From contig CAZXUH010000001.1 in the NCBI GenBank assembly GCA_964644035.1, positions 259,712 to 323,711 of the forward strand: DNA of 64,000 bases, in the 5' to 3' direction. A model generated the notes under the pieces. The model saw nothing but the letters and a program-made list of their open reading frames with translations, was not told where the DNA came from and ran no database searches. Of this stretch, positions 1 to 9,976 are shown in pieces. The DNA is from an uncultured Candidatus Saccharibacteria bacterium. Lineage in GTDB: Bacteria; Patescibacteriota; Minisyncoccia; Phycocordibacterales; DAORIS01. Position 1 is the stretch's first letter; the number at the start of each line of letters is the position of its first letter. The position numbers and the translations under genes were made by a program.

Positions 1-740
1 TTGGAGGTTTTGTGGGACTTATCGATGATTTATTGGAAATCAAAAAGGGAGCGGGGGGACTATCTTTGAAAAAGCGCCTGCTTGTCGTCGGCGCACTTGG
101 ACTTGTCTGGGGATGGTGGTTTTATACCAAGCTCGGTGTCACCAGCATTGGTATTCCTTTTAGTGACGACTTATTTATCGGTGTAGGAATTATTCCTCTT
201 TTTGCTCTGGTAATGATTGGCTTGTATTCAGGTGGAGTGATCGATGGTATCGATGGTTTGGCGGGAGGAATATTTGCCACCATGTTTACTGCATATGCTG
301 GTATTGCCTTTTTCCAAAATCAAATCAATCTCGCTGCATTTTGCGCAACCGTCGCTGGAGGTATTTTGGCATTTCTTTGGTTCAATATTCCTCCGGCGCG
401 CTTTTACATGACCGAAACCGGCAGTATGGCACTGACTATGACCCTGGCAGTAGTGGCATTTATGACCGATGCAATCGTAAAGACCAATAGTACGTCGGTC
501 CGCGGAGGATATGGTTTGCTCGTGCTACCGATTATTGGTTTGCCACTGATTGCAACTGCCGCTTCAAATATTTTACAAATACTTTCAAAAAGATTTAGGA
601 AAAAGAAATTGCTCCGCATTGCTCCACTACATCATCACTTTGAAGCACTTGGCTGGCCTGCATACAAAGTGACCATGCGATATTGGATTATTGGCGTGGT
701 CGCGGCAATTCTTGGTTTAACCCTCGCAGTAGTCGGCTAA
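1..740 (+). CDS. mraY: Phospho-N-acetylmuramoyl-pentapeptide transferase (5' truncated by window)
   Basis: GLIDD, DGIDGLAGG, FLWFNIPPARFYM and APLHHHFE motifs; multi-TM; precedes ftsW-murG. Confidence 0.95.
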   Translation, partial: GGFVGLIDDLLEIKKGAGGLSLKKRLLVVGALGLVWGWWFYTKLGVTSIGIPFSDDLFIGVGIIPLFALVMIGLYSGGVIDGIDGLAGGIFATMFTAYAGIAFFQNQINLAAFCATVAGGILAFLWFNIPPARFYMTETGSMALTMTLAVVAFMTDAIVKTNSTSVRGGYGLLVLPIIGLPLIATAASNILQILSKRFRKKKLLRIAPLHHHFEALGWPAYKVTMRYWIIGVVAAILGLTLAVVG

Positions 741-744
741 CTAT

Positions 745-1836
745 ATGATAAAAGGCAAGACCATAGATCGCAGACTTCTCTTTATCGTACTCATACTTGT
801 CGTAGTAGGGTATATTATTTTCTCGTCGGCATCTTTGGGTAGATTGGCTCGAGAAGAATCACTCTATGCATCATTGGCATTCAAACAAGCCATCATTGGC
901 ATTGTCGGCGGAGGATTGGCCATGCTTACCTTGGCCAATATTCCTTACAAATATCTACGTAGGTTTGCATTGCCACTCTTATTGGGCGGAATAGGTATCA
1001 ACCTTCTTATTTTTATTCCAGGACTTTCACAATCATACGGTGGAGCGTCACGATGGCTTTCGATTGGAGGCTTTTCATTTCAACCTTCGGAAATTCTCAA
1101 GCTCGTAGCGGTTATTTATTATGCAGCGTGGCTTTCGGGGAGAATCAAAGACATACAGACGTTTGAAAACGGATTCATTCCTCTAGCACTTATTTCCGGC
1201 CTGATCGAAGGTTTGCTTTTACTCCAACACGATACCGATCCAATCATTATTTTGGCATTTATTGGTATGTTCTTTATTTCAGGCGGCAAATGGCGACATA
1301 TAGGATTGTTGATGCTTGTCGGACTTGTCGGTTTGGCTGGACTGGCATTTTATCGGCCATATATTCAGCAACGTATATTATCGTTTGTTGATCCATCGAG
1401 AGATGCTCAGGGTTCGAGCTATCAACTTCAACAAGCACTGATTGCCGTCGGTACGGGAGGATTCTTTGGTAGAGGCTATGGACAGAGTATACAGAAGTTC
1501 AATTATCTTCCTGAAGCAATCGGCGACTCGATATTTGCTGTCGAGGCAGAGGAGTTTGGTTTTGCCGGATCAGTCATACTTATCACGCTCTTCTTACTTT
1601 TTGCATTACAAGCGCTTAAGATTGCTTCCAACACTACTGATGTTTTTGGATCAAATCTGGTTATCGGTTTTGTCATTATTATGATCGGGCAATCCTTTAT
1701 GAATATTGGAGCGATGCTCGGAATATTGCCCCTGACAGGCGTACCACTGCTGTTTGTCTCACAGGGTGGTACTTCGATGCTTGTCGGCTTGGCCGAGGTG
1801 GGTATTATCCTGAGCGTTTCGAGATTTAAAAAGTAG
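745..1836 (+). CDS. ftsW: Peptidoglycan glycosyltransferase FtsW (SEDS family)
   Basis: GASRWL, FQPSEILK, SYQLQQ, LPEAIGDSIF, GVPLLFVSQGGTS motifs; mraY-ftsW-murG order. Confidence 0.93.
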   Translation: MIKGKTIDRRLLFIVLILVVVGYIIFSSASLGRLAREESLYASLAFKQAIIGIVGGGLAMLTLANIPYKYLRRFALPLLLGGIGINLLIFIPGLSQSYGGASRWLSIGGFSFQPSEILKLVAVIYYAAWLSGRIKDIQTFENGFIPLALISGLIEGLLLLQHDTDPIIILAFIGMFFISGGKWRHIGLLMLVGLVGLAGLAFYRPYIQQRILSFVDPSRDAQGSSYQLQQALIAVGTGGFFGRGYGQSIQKFNYLPEAIGDSIFAVEAEEFGFAGSVILITLFLLFALQALKIASNTTDVFGSNLVIGFVIIMIGQSFMNIGAMLGILPLTGVPLLFVSQGGTSMLVGLAEVGIILSVSRFKK

Positions 1837-1850
1837 GTTATAATTTACTT

Positions 1851-2975
1851 ATGAAAATCCTTTTCACGGGCGGCGGTACTGGCGGACATTTCTATCCTAT
1901 TATTGCAGTCGCAGAAGAGGTCAATCGCATTGCTCAAGAGAAAAAACTTCTCAAGCCAGAACTCTATTTTATGGCTCCAAAGCCATATGATGAAAATGTC
2001 TTGTTTGAAAACAATATCAATTTCATACCTGTCACTTCGGGCAAGGTTCGCAGATATTTCTCATTGCTCAATATCATTGATGCGATAAAGATGCCTTTTG
2101 GGGTCATAGGAGCCTTTTGGAAGCTTCTTTTGCTCTATCCTGACGTGATCTTCAGCAAAGGTGGCTATGGCAGTTTTCCCACGCTTTTTGCAGCTCGATT
2201 TTTGCGTATTCCAATCATTATTCATGAATCAGACACTGTCCCAGGCAAGGTCAATGCATGGTCAGGAAGATTTGCATATCGAGTCGCGCTTTCGTATCCA
2301 GAAACTGCAGAGTATTTTAAGAAACGACCTATCGCAGTAGTCGGCAATCCTATTAGAAGGGAAGTACTGATCGCGCCTCGTGAGACAAGCAGGGAATATT
2401 TTGGCTTCGATGGCTCGACTCCTGTCGTACTTATTCTGGGTGGTTCTCAAGGTTCAAAAATAATCAATGAATCGGTTCTCGACATTTTGCCTGAACTAGT
2501 AAAAAAATATTATGTCATTCATCAGACAGGCTCGCAGAATATAGAAGAGATCAAACGTACGGCTGGAGTAGTGCTCAGTGAGAGCGAAAACAGCGATCGA
2601 TATCGTCCATACGATACGCTCAAGCCGCTCGATCTCAAGATGGCGGCCGGGGCAGCGCATATTGTCGTTTCAAGAGCTGGCTCAACCATTTTCGAAATCG
2701 CCCTTTGGAGTCTTCCAAGTATTTTGATACCGATTACCGAATCCAATGGCAATCATCAACGTACCAATGCCTATACCTACGCTCACACCGGTGCATGCAA
2801 GGTGATAGAGGAGAACAATTTGAAGCCTCACGTACTACTTGCAGAAATAGATCATATCCTCGGTGACAACACACTCAAAGAAAAAATGATTGCTGGTGCA
2901 AAAACATTTGCTAAGCCCGATGCAGCCAAACAGATTGCTGAACAACTCGTCGCAGTTGGCCTCAGCCACGAATAG
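1851..2975 (+). CDS. murG: Lipid II GlcNAc transferase MurG
   Basis: GGGTGGHFYP, GGYGS, HESD, GNPIR, GGSQG, SRAGS, HQRTNA motifs. Confidence 0.97.
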   Translation: MKILFTGGGTGGHFYPIIAVAEEVNRIAQEKKLLKPELYFMAPKPYDENVLFENNINFIPVTSGKVRRYFSLLNIIDAIKMPFGVIGAFWKLLLLYPDVIFSKGGYGSFPTLFAARFLRIPIIIHESDTVPGKVNAWSGRFAYRVALSYPETAEYFKKRPIAVVGNPIRREVLIAPRETSREYFGFDGSTPVVLILGGSQGSKIINESVLDILPELVKKYYVIHQTGSQNIEEIKRTAGVVLSESENSDRYRPYDTLKPLDLKMAAGAAHIVVSRAGSTIFEIALWSLPSILIPITESNGNHQRTNAYTYAHTGACKVIEENNLKPHVLLAEIDHILGDNTLKEKMIAGAKTFAKPDAAKQIAEQLVAVGLSHE

Positions 2976-3055
2976 AATAGTTGACCACACCCACATTTCT
3001 ATTTCATAACTATTTTTAATGCTTGCATGGTTTTGCTGAGTTGATATTATGTACA

Positions 3056-3165
3056 TGTATCCGATGTTCGACAGAGTCAGCAAACGATACCTCCGACTTC
3101 GGTCGGTGTGAAGACCCTTCAGGTAATTATTCTTTCGAGAATTATTACCACAAGGGTCTTTTTTT
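3056..3165 (+). ncRNA. Candidate ~110-nt small RNA of unknown family
   Basis: TTGCAT-N16-TATTAT (3023-3050); CCGAC-TTCG-GTCGG hairpin (3093-3106); long hairpin AAGACCCTT..AAGGGTCTT with inner TTCG-capped stem followed by a T-run (3111-3165); no credible ORF. Confidence 0.5.
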
Positions 3166-3215
3166 ATGCCACATTTTAGCTGCGTCTCCTTTAATATTTT
3201 TGATATAATACATTG

Positions 3216-4538
3216 ATGCCAGCAAAGGTAGTTACGCGATTCGCACCAAGCCCTACGGGGCTTTTGCATGTAGGTTCAGTCCGAACTATGCTTTTCAGCT
3301 ATCTCTATGCCAAGCAGCAGGGTGGGAAATTCCTATTGCGCATCGAAGACACCGACAAAGAGCGTTCATCCAAAGAACACGAGCAATACATATTTGAAAG
3401 TATGAAGTGGCTTGGTATCGAAGCCGATGAAACGTTTATTCAATCAGAAAATGTAGCTTCGCATAAAAAAGCTCTACAGAAACTCATCGACAGCGGCCAT
3501 GCCTATATTTCTAAAGAAACTCCAAAAGAAGAAGGTCAAAGAAGCGAGGTCATACGTTTCAAAAATCCAAACAAAGAAATAACCTTTAGAGATGAAGTCA
3601 GAGGTGATATTACATTTGATACGACGGATCTCAAAGACTTTGTTATAGCTAAAACTCTTGAAGAGCCGCTGTACCACATGGCCGTAGTTGTCGACGATAT
3701 CGATGAAGGAGTAACACATGTAATACGAGGAGAAGACCATATTTCCAATACGCCTCGCCAGATCCTTATTATCGAGGCTCTTGGCGCCACACGACCCATA
3801 TATGCCCATTTACCCCTTATTTTAGCGCCAGATAAGACCAAACTCTCCAAGCGCAAGCATGCCGAGCTCGTAGCTACGCTTTCATATAGAGACAAAGGCT
3901 TTCTCCCAGAAGCCCTTATCAATTTCTTAGCACTTTTGGGTTGGAATCCTGGCACTGACAAAGAGATCTTTAGTATGGATGAATTGATCAAAGAATTTAC
4001 TCTACAGAAAATCCAGAAAGCTGGAGCAGTCTTCAATGTAGAGAAACTTCGTTGGATGAATAAAGAATACATCAAACTCATACCCGAAAAAGAAATACAG
4101 AACCTGATCGAAGAAAAATTCGGTCAGAAAAAAATCAATCCCAAAATTCTTTCTCTTATCAAAGAGAGAATTGAAATACTTTCTGACATAGATACTATGA
4201 AAACCTCAGGAGAATTTTCATATTTCTTCGAAAAACCTGCATATGATGCTGGCAAATTTATTTGGAAAGACAGTACCACTGACCAAACAATCACTCGACT
4301 CGAAAAACTTTCAGAAATATTGAATGATCAGAAAGATTTTGATGCTGGAGCAATCAAAGAAGCAATTTGGCCTTATGCCGAGAGCGAGGGGAGAGGAGGA
4401 GTGCTCTGGCCACTTCGATATGCGCTATCAGGCAAAGATAAATCGGCCGATCCCTTTACCCTTGCAGATATTTTGGGAAAAGAAGAGAGTTTAGAAAGAA
4501 TTAAAGGGGGAATTGCCTTCCTAAAAAATCATGCGTAG
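3216..4538 (+). CDS. gltX: Glutamate--tRNA ligase
   Basis: TRFAPSPTGLLHVG, RIEDTD, THVIRGEDH, KLSKR motifs. Confidence 0.97.
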   Translation: MPAKVVTRFAPSPTGLLHVGSVRTMLFSYLYAKQQGGKFLLRIEDTDKERSSKEHEQYIFESMKWLGIEADETFIQSENVASHKKALQKLIDSGHAYISKETPKEEGQRSEVIRFKNPNKEITFRDEVRGDITFDTTDLKDFVIAKTLEEPLYHMAVVVDDIDEGVTHVIRGEDHISNTPRQILIIEALGATRPIYAHLPLILAPDKTKLSKRKHAELVATLSYRDKGFLPEALINFLALLGWNPGTDKEIFSMDELIKEFTLQKIQKAGAVFNVEKLRWMNKEYIKLIPEKEIQNLIEEKFGQKKINPKILSLIKERIEILSDIDTMKTSGEFSYFFEKPAYDAGKFIWKDSTTDQTITRLEKLSEILNDQKDFDAGAIKEAIWPYAESEGRGGVLWPLRYALSGKDKSADPFTLADILGKEESLERIKGGIAFLKNHA

Positions 4539-5811
4539 TACGTCCAGAAATTTTCTTTTATTTAGTTTAATACTGTGCGCAGGCATGCTTATAAATGCAC
4601 GCACCAATGCAGCTACTATCGACGAACTCAAACAGAAAATCGAAGAAAGAAACCTCATTATCAAGCAGCTCGATGCCGAGATTAGCCAGTATCAAACCCA
4701 AATTGGCGAAACAAGTAAAAAAGCTCAAACGCTTCAAAATACCCTCAATACGCTCAATGCTTCTATTAAAAAACTCGGTGCAGAGCTTTCTAAAACAGAA
4801 AACAATCTCGTAAAAACAACATACACCATTACGGCTCTTGATACAGAAATCGATCAGAAAGAAGAGAATATTGATACACGAAAAGAAGCTCTCAAAACGC
4901 TTATCAAGCGACGTTCTCAAGAAGAAGATATGTCAATGATACAGTCTATGCTCATGTACAAAACACTCAGCGAAGCCTGGAACTATCTGAGCGAATCATG
5001 GATGATACAAGATTCTATCAATGACAACCTCGAAGATATTAGGGATACAAAAGATAAACTCGAGACAGATAAAATATCCAGAGAAACTCAGAAGAAACAG
5101 CTTGAGACGTATAAATCTACACTCAATGACCAGAAAAAACTTGTTGAAATAAGTCAGAAAGATCAGAACAATCTTTTGAAAGCGACAAAAAATACTGAAG
5201 CAACGTATAAAAAAGAATTGGCAGCTCGTCAGGCAAAAAAAGAAGCCTTTGAAAAAGAATTACGACAGTTTGAATCGGACCTTAGTATCGCCATCGATCC
5301 AAGCAAGATTCCTACTTTCGGTGGTGGACTTTTGTCTTGGCCACTTGAAAAACGCACAATTACGCAAACATTCGGTGACACGGAATTCTCTCGTACACAC
5401 GCTCAAGCCTATAGTGGAAAAGGTCACAATGGTATTGATATAGCCAGCCCTGTCGGCTCACCAATCATGTCAGCTGCCGAAGGTACAGTGATAGGAGCAG
5501 GAGACACTGATACAGCCTGTCCTGGGGCTTCCTACGGCAAATGGGTGCTTATACAGCACCCTAATGGCCTTTCAACGCTCTATGCCCACCTGTCCCTTAT
5601 AAAAGTCTCTCAAGGTCAGACTGTAGCACGTGGCGAACTCCTTGGATATATAGGTATGACAGGATATACAACAGGTCCACACCTCCACTTCACCGTCTAT
5701 GCATCTGAAGGTGTCAAAGTCCTCAGCAGAAAAAGTATAGCCTGCGGCTCGACGTACACCATGCCGATTGCCGATCTTAAAGCATATCTCAATCCACTCT
5801 TGTATTTGTAA
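4531..5811 (+). CDS. Secreted coiled-coil protein with C-terminal M23 peptidase (EnvC/murein hydrolase-like)
   Basis: Signal peptide, long heptad region, HNGID and GPHLHF M23 motifs. Confidence 0.9.
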   Translation: MRSTSRNFLLFSLILCAGMLINARTNAATIDELKQKIEERNLIIKQLDAEISQYQTQIGETSKKAQTLQNTLNTLNASIKKLGAELSKTENNLVKTTYTITALDTEIDQKEENIDTRKEALKTLIKRRSQEEDMSMIQSMLMYKTLSEAWNYLSESWMIQDSINDNLEDIRDTKDKLETDKISRETQKKQLETYKSTLNDQKKLVEISQKDQNNLLKATKNTEATYKKELAARQAKKEAFEKELRQFESDLSIAIDPSKIPTFGGGLLSWPLEKRTITQTFGDTEFSRTHAQAYSGKGHNGIDIASPVGSPIMSAAEGTVIGAGDTDTACPGASYGKWVLIQHPNGLSTLYAHLSLIKVSQGQTVARGELLGYIGMTGYTTGPHLHFTVYASEGVKVLSRKSIACGSTYTMPIADLKAYLNPLLYL

Positions 5812-5876
5812 ATTTATTTAAAATATATCTGGAAAACTTTTAAAAATATTTCTTTTCACGGTGTTATAATTAATAA

Positions 5877-6017
5877 ATGATTAGAGGAATTTTACTCACC
5901 ATTTTTGTACTTGCAGTTCTTAGCTATTTTGGCTTCGATCTCAATGTTGTAGTTCACAAAGTAGTAGCTTACGCGATAGACGCATGGAACGCCCTCAGAC
6001 AATCATTCGCCGCATAG
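5877..6017 (+). CDS. Small membrane protein, 46 aa (MIRGILLTIFVLAVLSYFGFDLNVVVHK...)
   Basis: ATG ORF read manually just after a TGTTATAAT -10 element; one hydrophobic helix; below the ORF-track cutoff. Confidence 0.55.
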   Translation: MIRGILLTIFVLAVLSYFGFDLNVVVHKVVAYAIDAWNALRQSFAA

Positions 6018-7315
6018 CAATACGTGCGAGCTTCGCACTCGTATTTACATACATGCTGGCATGTAGTTCTGTTTCTGCACAAACAGCTTTTCATGGACTC
6101 ATCTATCAGTACACGCAAAACATCATTGCACCCAACAATAGTAGTGTGGGAACTAGCACACCGATATATTCCGGTATTCGTATTACCTATGATATAGCTT
6201 CACACACCTTCAGTGGCGGTATTAGAATCGTCGACGATCTAGGCAATGCTGCTCCTGCAGTATCTATTACATATCCAAACAGCAATGAATGGTCTTCGGC
6301 ACCCATTATCGATCGTTTTAGAGTGGTAGGGAAAGATATTATGGTCGTCGATATGGGTCTCAATACATCCAGACACTCGACAATTGATATAGATATCAAT
6401 GAAGACAGCGGCGAAGGTATTCTTTCTGCATTTAGCACTGCTGAATACTATGGAATAGAATTTAGCACCTGGGATGTACTCGGACGAGATATCACTGTCT
6501 ATAAAAATACTGATACCGGCAATGGCACGTTCTCCAATACAACCATTGAATATCCTGAGAGTCGTAATCGATACGTCATGTTGGTCCTTAAGAGCGATAT
6601 GGAAAAATCATTTACCATAGCCAAGGCGTATAAAAAGAATCCCGACTATACCGACAGCCGAGAGCAGTTTTATGCCGAGGCTGAGATCGAAGAAAAAGAC
6701 AATAAAACAGTCATCACGATCGATACCAAGTCCAACTTCATCACGCACAATCGCGTCGATATAATCATGTACAACGAATCAATCATGACATCGGCAACTA
6801 TAGAGACCAGCACCGACAACAATCGCTGGGTCAATCGCGGCAATGACAATATCTACCATTTTCTTCAAGGTAAAAAAGAAATCACCAAAACATGGATTGG
6901 TTATAAGGAAAATAAAGATCGCTTTATAAAGATCACTATTCCTGAAAAGAAACTCCTCATGCACAAGCTTATATTGGTAAGTGGTACGGCAGAATTCCTG
7001 ACATTTAACTATGATCAAAACAGAAAGTACACACTTTTTTATGGCAATGAATTGGCAGCTGGCCAAGAGTGGGGAACAGGGGACAATACCCTCTCCTCTA
7101 CTACAAAATCTGCACAAGAGACCTTCGATTCTATGACCGAACTCAAAGTAGGTATCAGAGAAGACAATCCGAAGTACATTTCATTTACGCAAGATCAAAC
7201 CACGCCATTTGGACTCAATATAGACTATCGATATTTCAATTATGTCGAAACGGTCATTATAAGCATGATTGCACTTGCGGTACTGGCCGGAATATTAAAA
7301 ATCATTAGGTTATGA
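5984..7315 (+). CDS. Hypothetical exported protein with C-terminal membrane anchor (start uncertain)
   Basis: N-terminal signal-like segment, beta-rich body, YTLFYGN motif reminiscent of DUF3999, C-terminal TM. Confidence 0.7.
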   Translation: MERPQTIIRRIAIRASFALVFTYMLACSSVSAQTAFHGLIYQYTQNIIAPNNSSVGTSTPIYSGIRITYDIASHTFSGGIRIVDDLGNAAPAVSITYPNSNEWSSAPIIDRFRVVGKDIMVVDMGLNTSRHSTIDIDINEDSGEGILSAFSTAEYYGIEFSTWDVLGRDITVYKNTDTGNGTFSNTTIEYPESRNRYVMLVLKSDMEKSFTIAKAYKKNPDYTDSREQFYAEAEIEEKDNKTVITIDTKSNFITHNRVDIIMYNESIMTSATIETSTDNNRWVNRGNDNIYHFLQGKKEITKTWIGYKENKDRFIKITIPEKKLLMHKLILVSGTAEFLTFNYDQNRKYTLFYGNELAAGQEWGTGDNTLSSTTKSAQETFDSMTELKVGIREDNPKYISFTQDQTTPFGLNIDYRYFNYVETVIISMIALAVLAGILKIIRL

Positions 7316-7330
7316 GATCTGGAGAAATAA

Positions 7331-7380
7331 AATTTATTCTGAATACTTTTATAGTCAATAAAAACCCTACAGGTGTAGGG
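7331..7380 (-). promoter_or_regulatory. Leftward sigma70-like promoter plus palindromic operator candidate
   Basis: - strand TTGACT-N16-TAAATT (7358-7331); CCCTAC-AGGT-GTAGGG palindrome at 7365-7380, upstream of the small HTH gene. Confidence 0.45.
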
Positions 7381-7400
7381 ACTTCAATATTTTAAAGGAT

Positions 7401-7622
7401 ATGGTATACGCACCCAAGGAGCATAGGAACCAATCACTTGTACAGTTGCGCGTTAAAAACCCAAAGAAATGGACATGGGGCAAACTCGGCGAGCACTTTG
7501 CAGTACATAGATCAGTAGCTAAGCAGATATTTGAGAGAGACATGGAAAAGTTTGCCAACGAATACGAGATAGAGGCGTATGAATTGAAAACAAAGAAGTA
7601 TAAAGCTGCACGTAAAGAATAA
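7401..7622 (+). CDS. Small basic HTH-like DNA-binding protein (Cro/Xis/repressor-like)
   Basis: WTWGKLGEHFAVHRSVAKQI fits a helix-turn-helix pattern; next to integrase. Confidence 0.55.
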   Translation: MVYAPKEHRNQSLVQLRVKNPKKWTWGKLGEHFAVHRSVAKQIFERDMEKFANEYEIEAYELKTKKYKAARKE

Positions 7623-7708
7623 AACTATTGCATAGGGAAGAGTATAAAGAGAAATAAAATATTTTGAGCGGCTCATAGGGCGTTCTTCATGCCTTTATTA
7701 GGCATATA

Positions 7709-7736
7709 GAGTCGTAAAAGATATATTGTGCGACGT
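7709..7736. other. dif-like tyrosine-recombinase site / candidate attL
   Basis: GAGTCGTAAAA-GATATA-TTGTGCGACGT has the 11-6-11 imperfect inverted layout of dif sites; ATATTGTGCGAC is repeated at 48003-48014. Confidence 0.6.
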
Positions 7737-7761
7737 TCTAAGGTCTTTTAAAAATGTGGAG

Positions 7762-7770
7762 TTATCCACA
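7762..7770 (+). promoter_or_regulatory. Perfect DnaA box
   Basis: TTATCCACA; further perfect boxes at 8825-8833 (reverse) and 48041-48049. Confidence 0.6.
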
Positions 7771-7906
7771 CCCTACCCTACAACACCATACAACAAATCT
7801 TTTGGCAATAACCCGACAGGTCAAACGATATTCAACAAACTTTCTTTCTGAATTAATTATATCGTTTGTGTTACATCAAGCAACAAACTTATCCCCACCT
7901 CCCCCA

Positions 7907-8770
7907 CTAGAGGGTGTACTTCTTCAAGACAGACAATGCTTCATTCCTATTCAACTTAATGTATTGGAACGCCGCACGTGGATTTTCTTCTGAATGTCCT
8001 AGTACAACCTGTAATTCTTTCACATCTGCACCATTCGCTAACATGGTGTGAGCTTTATAATGTCTGAAACTATGTGGTGTAAGCCTAGACAGTATACCGG
8101 CCTTTTTTCTCAATATCTCAATCCACCTTTCAACCGATCGTGGCGTGATTCTTTTTTTAATCCTGTAACTAATGAGAAGCGGATTCGTCTTTGTCAGGTT
8201 TTGCCTGATCTCAAGATATTTCAACAACATCTCATGTGTCTCTTTCCCCCACATTACATACCTCTCACTTCCATTTTTTTTCGTAACGACAACGCAATAA
8301 TTTTTGTCCTTATGAATATCGGAAATATTCAAGTCTGTGAGTTCGGAAACTCTCATGCCAGTATCTTTCATCATGTACAACGAAAGTTTTTTTAGAAGAT
8401 CATCATATGTCCAATCGTTAAGATATTTACACATTCTGTTTATATGATCTTCTTCTGCTACCGGCATTTTCTTTGGAAGGAACTTTGGAACCTTAATCAT
8501 GAAAGGATCGATCACTGTCTCCCCTTCTGACTTAAGGAACTTTATGAAGTCTCTGACAATGGTCACAATATACGAGACGTTTGACGGGGCGTACTTCGTG
8601 CGGATGCCGACTTGAAACTCCGACAGATTTGATAACCTTAGTTTTGCGACCTGAATGTCGCCAAAGTACTCTACGAGCTTTTTCAAGTTCGGTCGATACG
8701 AGTATGCTGCACGATTTGTATGGGCTGATTTCCATGTCAGATACTTCTCTATTGCGACAGTTAGTTGCAT
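7907..8770 (-). CDS. Tyrosine recombinase/integrase (XerC/D-like)
   Basis: TGMRVSEL, TKK, HSFRH, LGH and catalytic Tyr (FQY); SAM-like N-domain; no long arm-binding domain. Confidence 0.93.
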   Translation of the reverse strand: MQLTVAIEKYLTWKSAHTNRAAYSYRPNLKKLVEYFGDIQVAKLRLSNLSEFQVGIRTKYAPSNVSYIVTIVRDFIKFLKSEGETVIDPFMIKVPKFLPKKMPVAEEDHINRMCKYLNDWTYDDLLKKLSLYMMKDTGMRVSELTDLNISDIHKDKNYCVVVTKKNGSERYVMWGKETHEMLLKYLEIRQNLTKTNPLLISYRIKKRITPRSVERWIEILRKKAGILSRLTPHSFRHYKAHTMLANGADVKELQVVLGHSEENPRAAFQYIKLNRNEALSVLKKYTL

Positions 8771-9090
8771 CAGAGTAGTATACTTTATTGGGTGAACGTT
8801 CGTTCACTTTTCCGTTCACCGGATTGTGGATAAGTACGACCTATAGCACAAAATCCCAAGGTTCTTAGGACTTGGGATGATAACCGATTAGTTATCTTAC
8901 GACTTGTGTCGCTTCTGGCATAGAGCCAGTGCGTAAACACATTATACACCTCACAGTTTTTCTATTATAGTGTCCCTGTGGGTGAATAATATGCTACGCA
9001 TCCCCATTGCTAAGAACGGCTTTTCAGCCTCAATGGAATATGTGTACAGGATATATCTATCACAGGCTAATTTTCCTGTCAATAGACTTC

Positions 9091-9492
9091 CTAACCCCAG
9101 CAAGGTTTGCTGGCATTCCAAGGTTTTGTTCCCTGCGATTCGTAAAGAATCTTTGCGTATTTAAGATTGTCATTGAGTTGTTCAATGTTCAATCCCATTT
9201 TTGTTGCAGAATCAAGGTGATACCTTTTGTTGATCTGCATGACACCAGTGTCATCAGGGTCTACTCTACCCTGTAACACGTTGCCATTTTTATCATACTG
9301 TCTGAATTGTGATTCACACCATGCGATTTCAGAAAGAATGGGAGTATCTTTATAATACTCCCTCACCCTTTCTTCCGTAGTCATTTCTTTTTTTGCGGGA
9401 GCGACTACGTAAGCCCCTTGGCTTGGTTCGGTTGATTCTGGTCCGCCAATAAGGCAGAACAGACCTAACAAGCAAATGATAATCTGTTTTAT
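9091..9492 (-). CDS. Small secreted lytic transglycosylase (SLT-like); probable non-AUG start (ATA 9492 or TTG 9471)
   Basis: CES catalytic Glu, GVMQIN, PW motifs; 62/94 identical residues to host 48276-48755 by manual alignment. Confidence 0.85.
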   Translation of the reverse strand: MKQIIICLLGLFCLIGGPESTEPSQGAYVVAPAKKEMTTEERVREYYKDTPILSEIAWCESQFRQYDKNGNVLQGRVDPDDTGVMQINKRYHLDSATKMGLNIEQLNDNLKYAKILYESQGTKPWNASKPCWG

Positions 9493-9586
9493 ACCTGTAA
9501 CTTAGGGAGTACGGAATATTCTCAGCTCTGTAATCCTCGTAGCGACACTACGGGGCAAGCTCTTGCAATGCAGTATAACCCGTTCG

Positions 9587-9802
9587 TTATTCAGCTCTGA
9601 AATACTTGTCCAAAGCAAGGAGTCCACCAGTGATACCAGCAGCTACACCCAAAACACCGAGTGTATTGAGGTTAGTAAAAAGGGATTGCCAAGTTGTTGA
9701 AGTCGTAAGTACGAGCGTCGATGTTGCACCGACAAAAGCCGCACCAAAACCTCTGACAAACCTTAATACCAGACTCTTTACCAAACTGTAATCATTGTTC
9801 AT
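9587..9802 (-). CDS. Putative holin (2 TM)
   Basis: 71 aa, two hydrophobic segments, basic C-terminus, in lysis region. Confidence 0.6.
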   Translation of the reverse strand: MNNDYSLVKSLVLRFVRGFGAAFVGATSTLVLTTSTTWQSLFTNLNTLGVLGVAAGITGGLLALDKYFRAE

Positions 9803-9976
9803 ATACTTTCTTAATTAACTTATAACTGCCCATTCGGGCTTTAGCTTTTAACAAAGGAAGTTAGAAGAATCACCAACTAACTTCCTTCTATGACGGTCAT
9901 TTGCAATGTGACCGTAACAGCGTGGTGTACCACGATACCAAGTTGATTAGACTTGGAAAGATAGGAGATCACCTCC

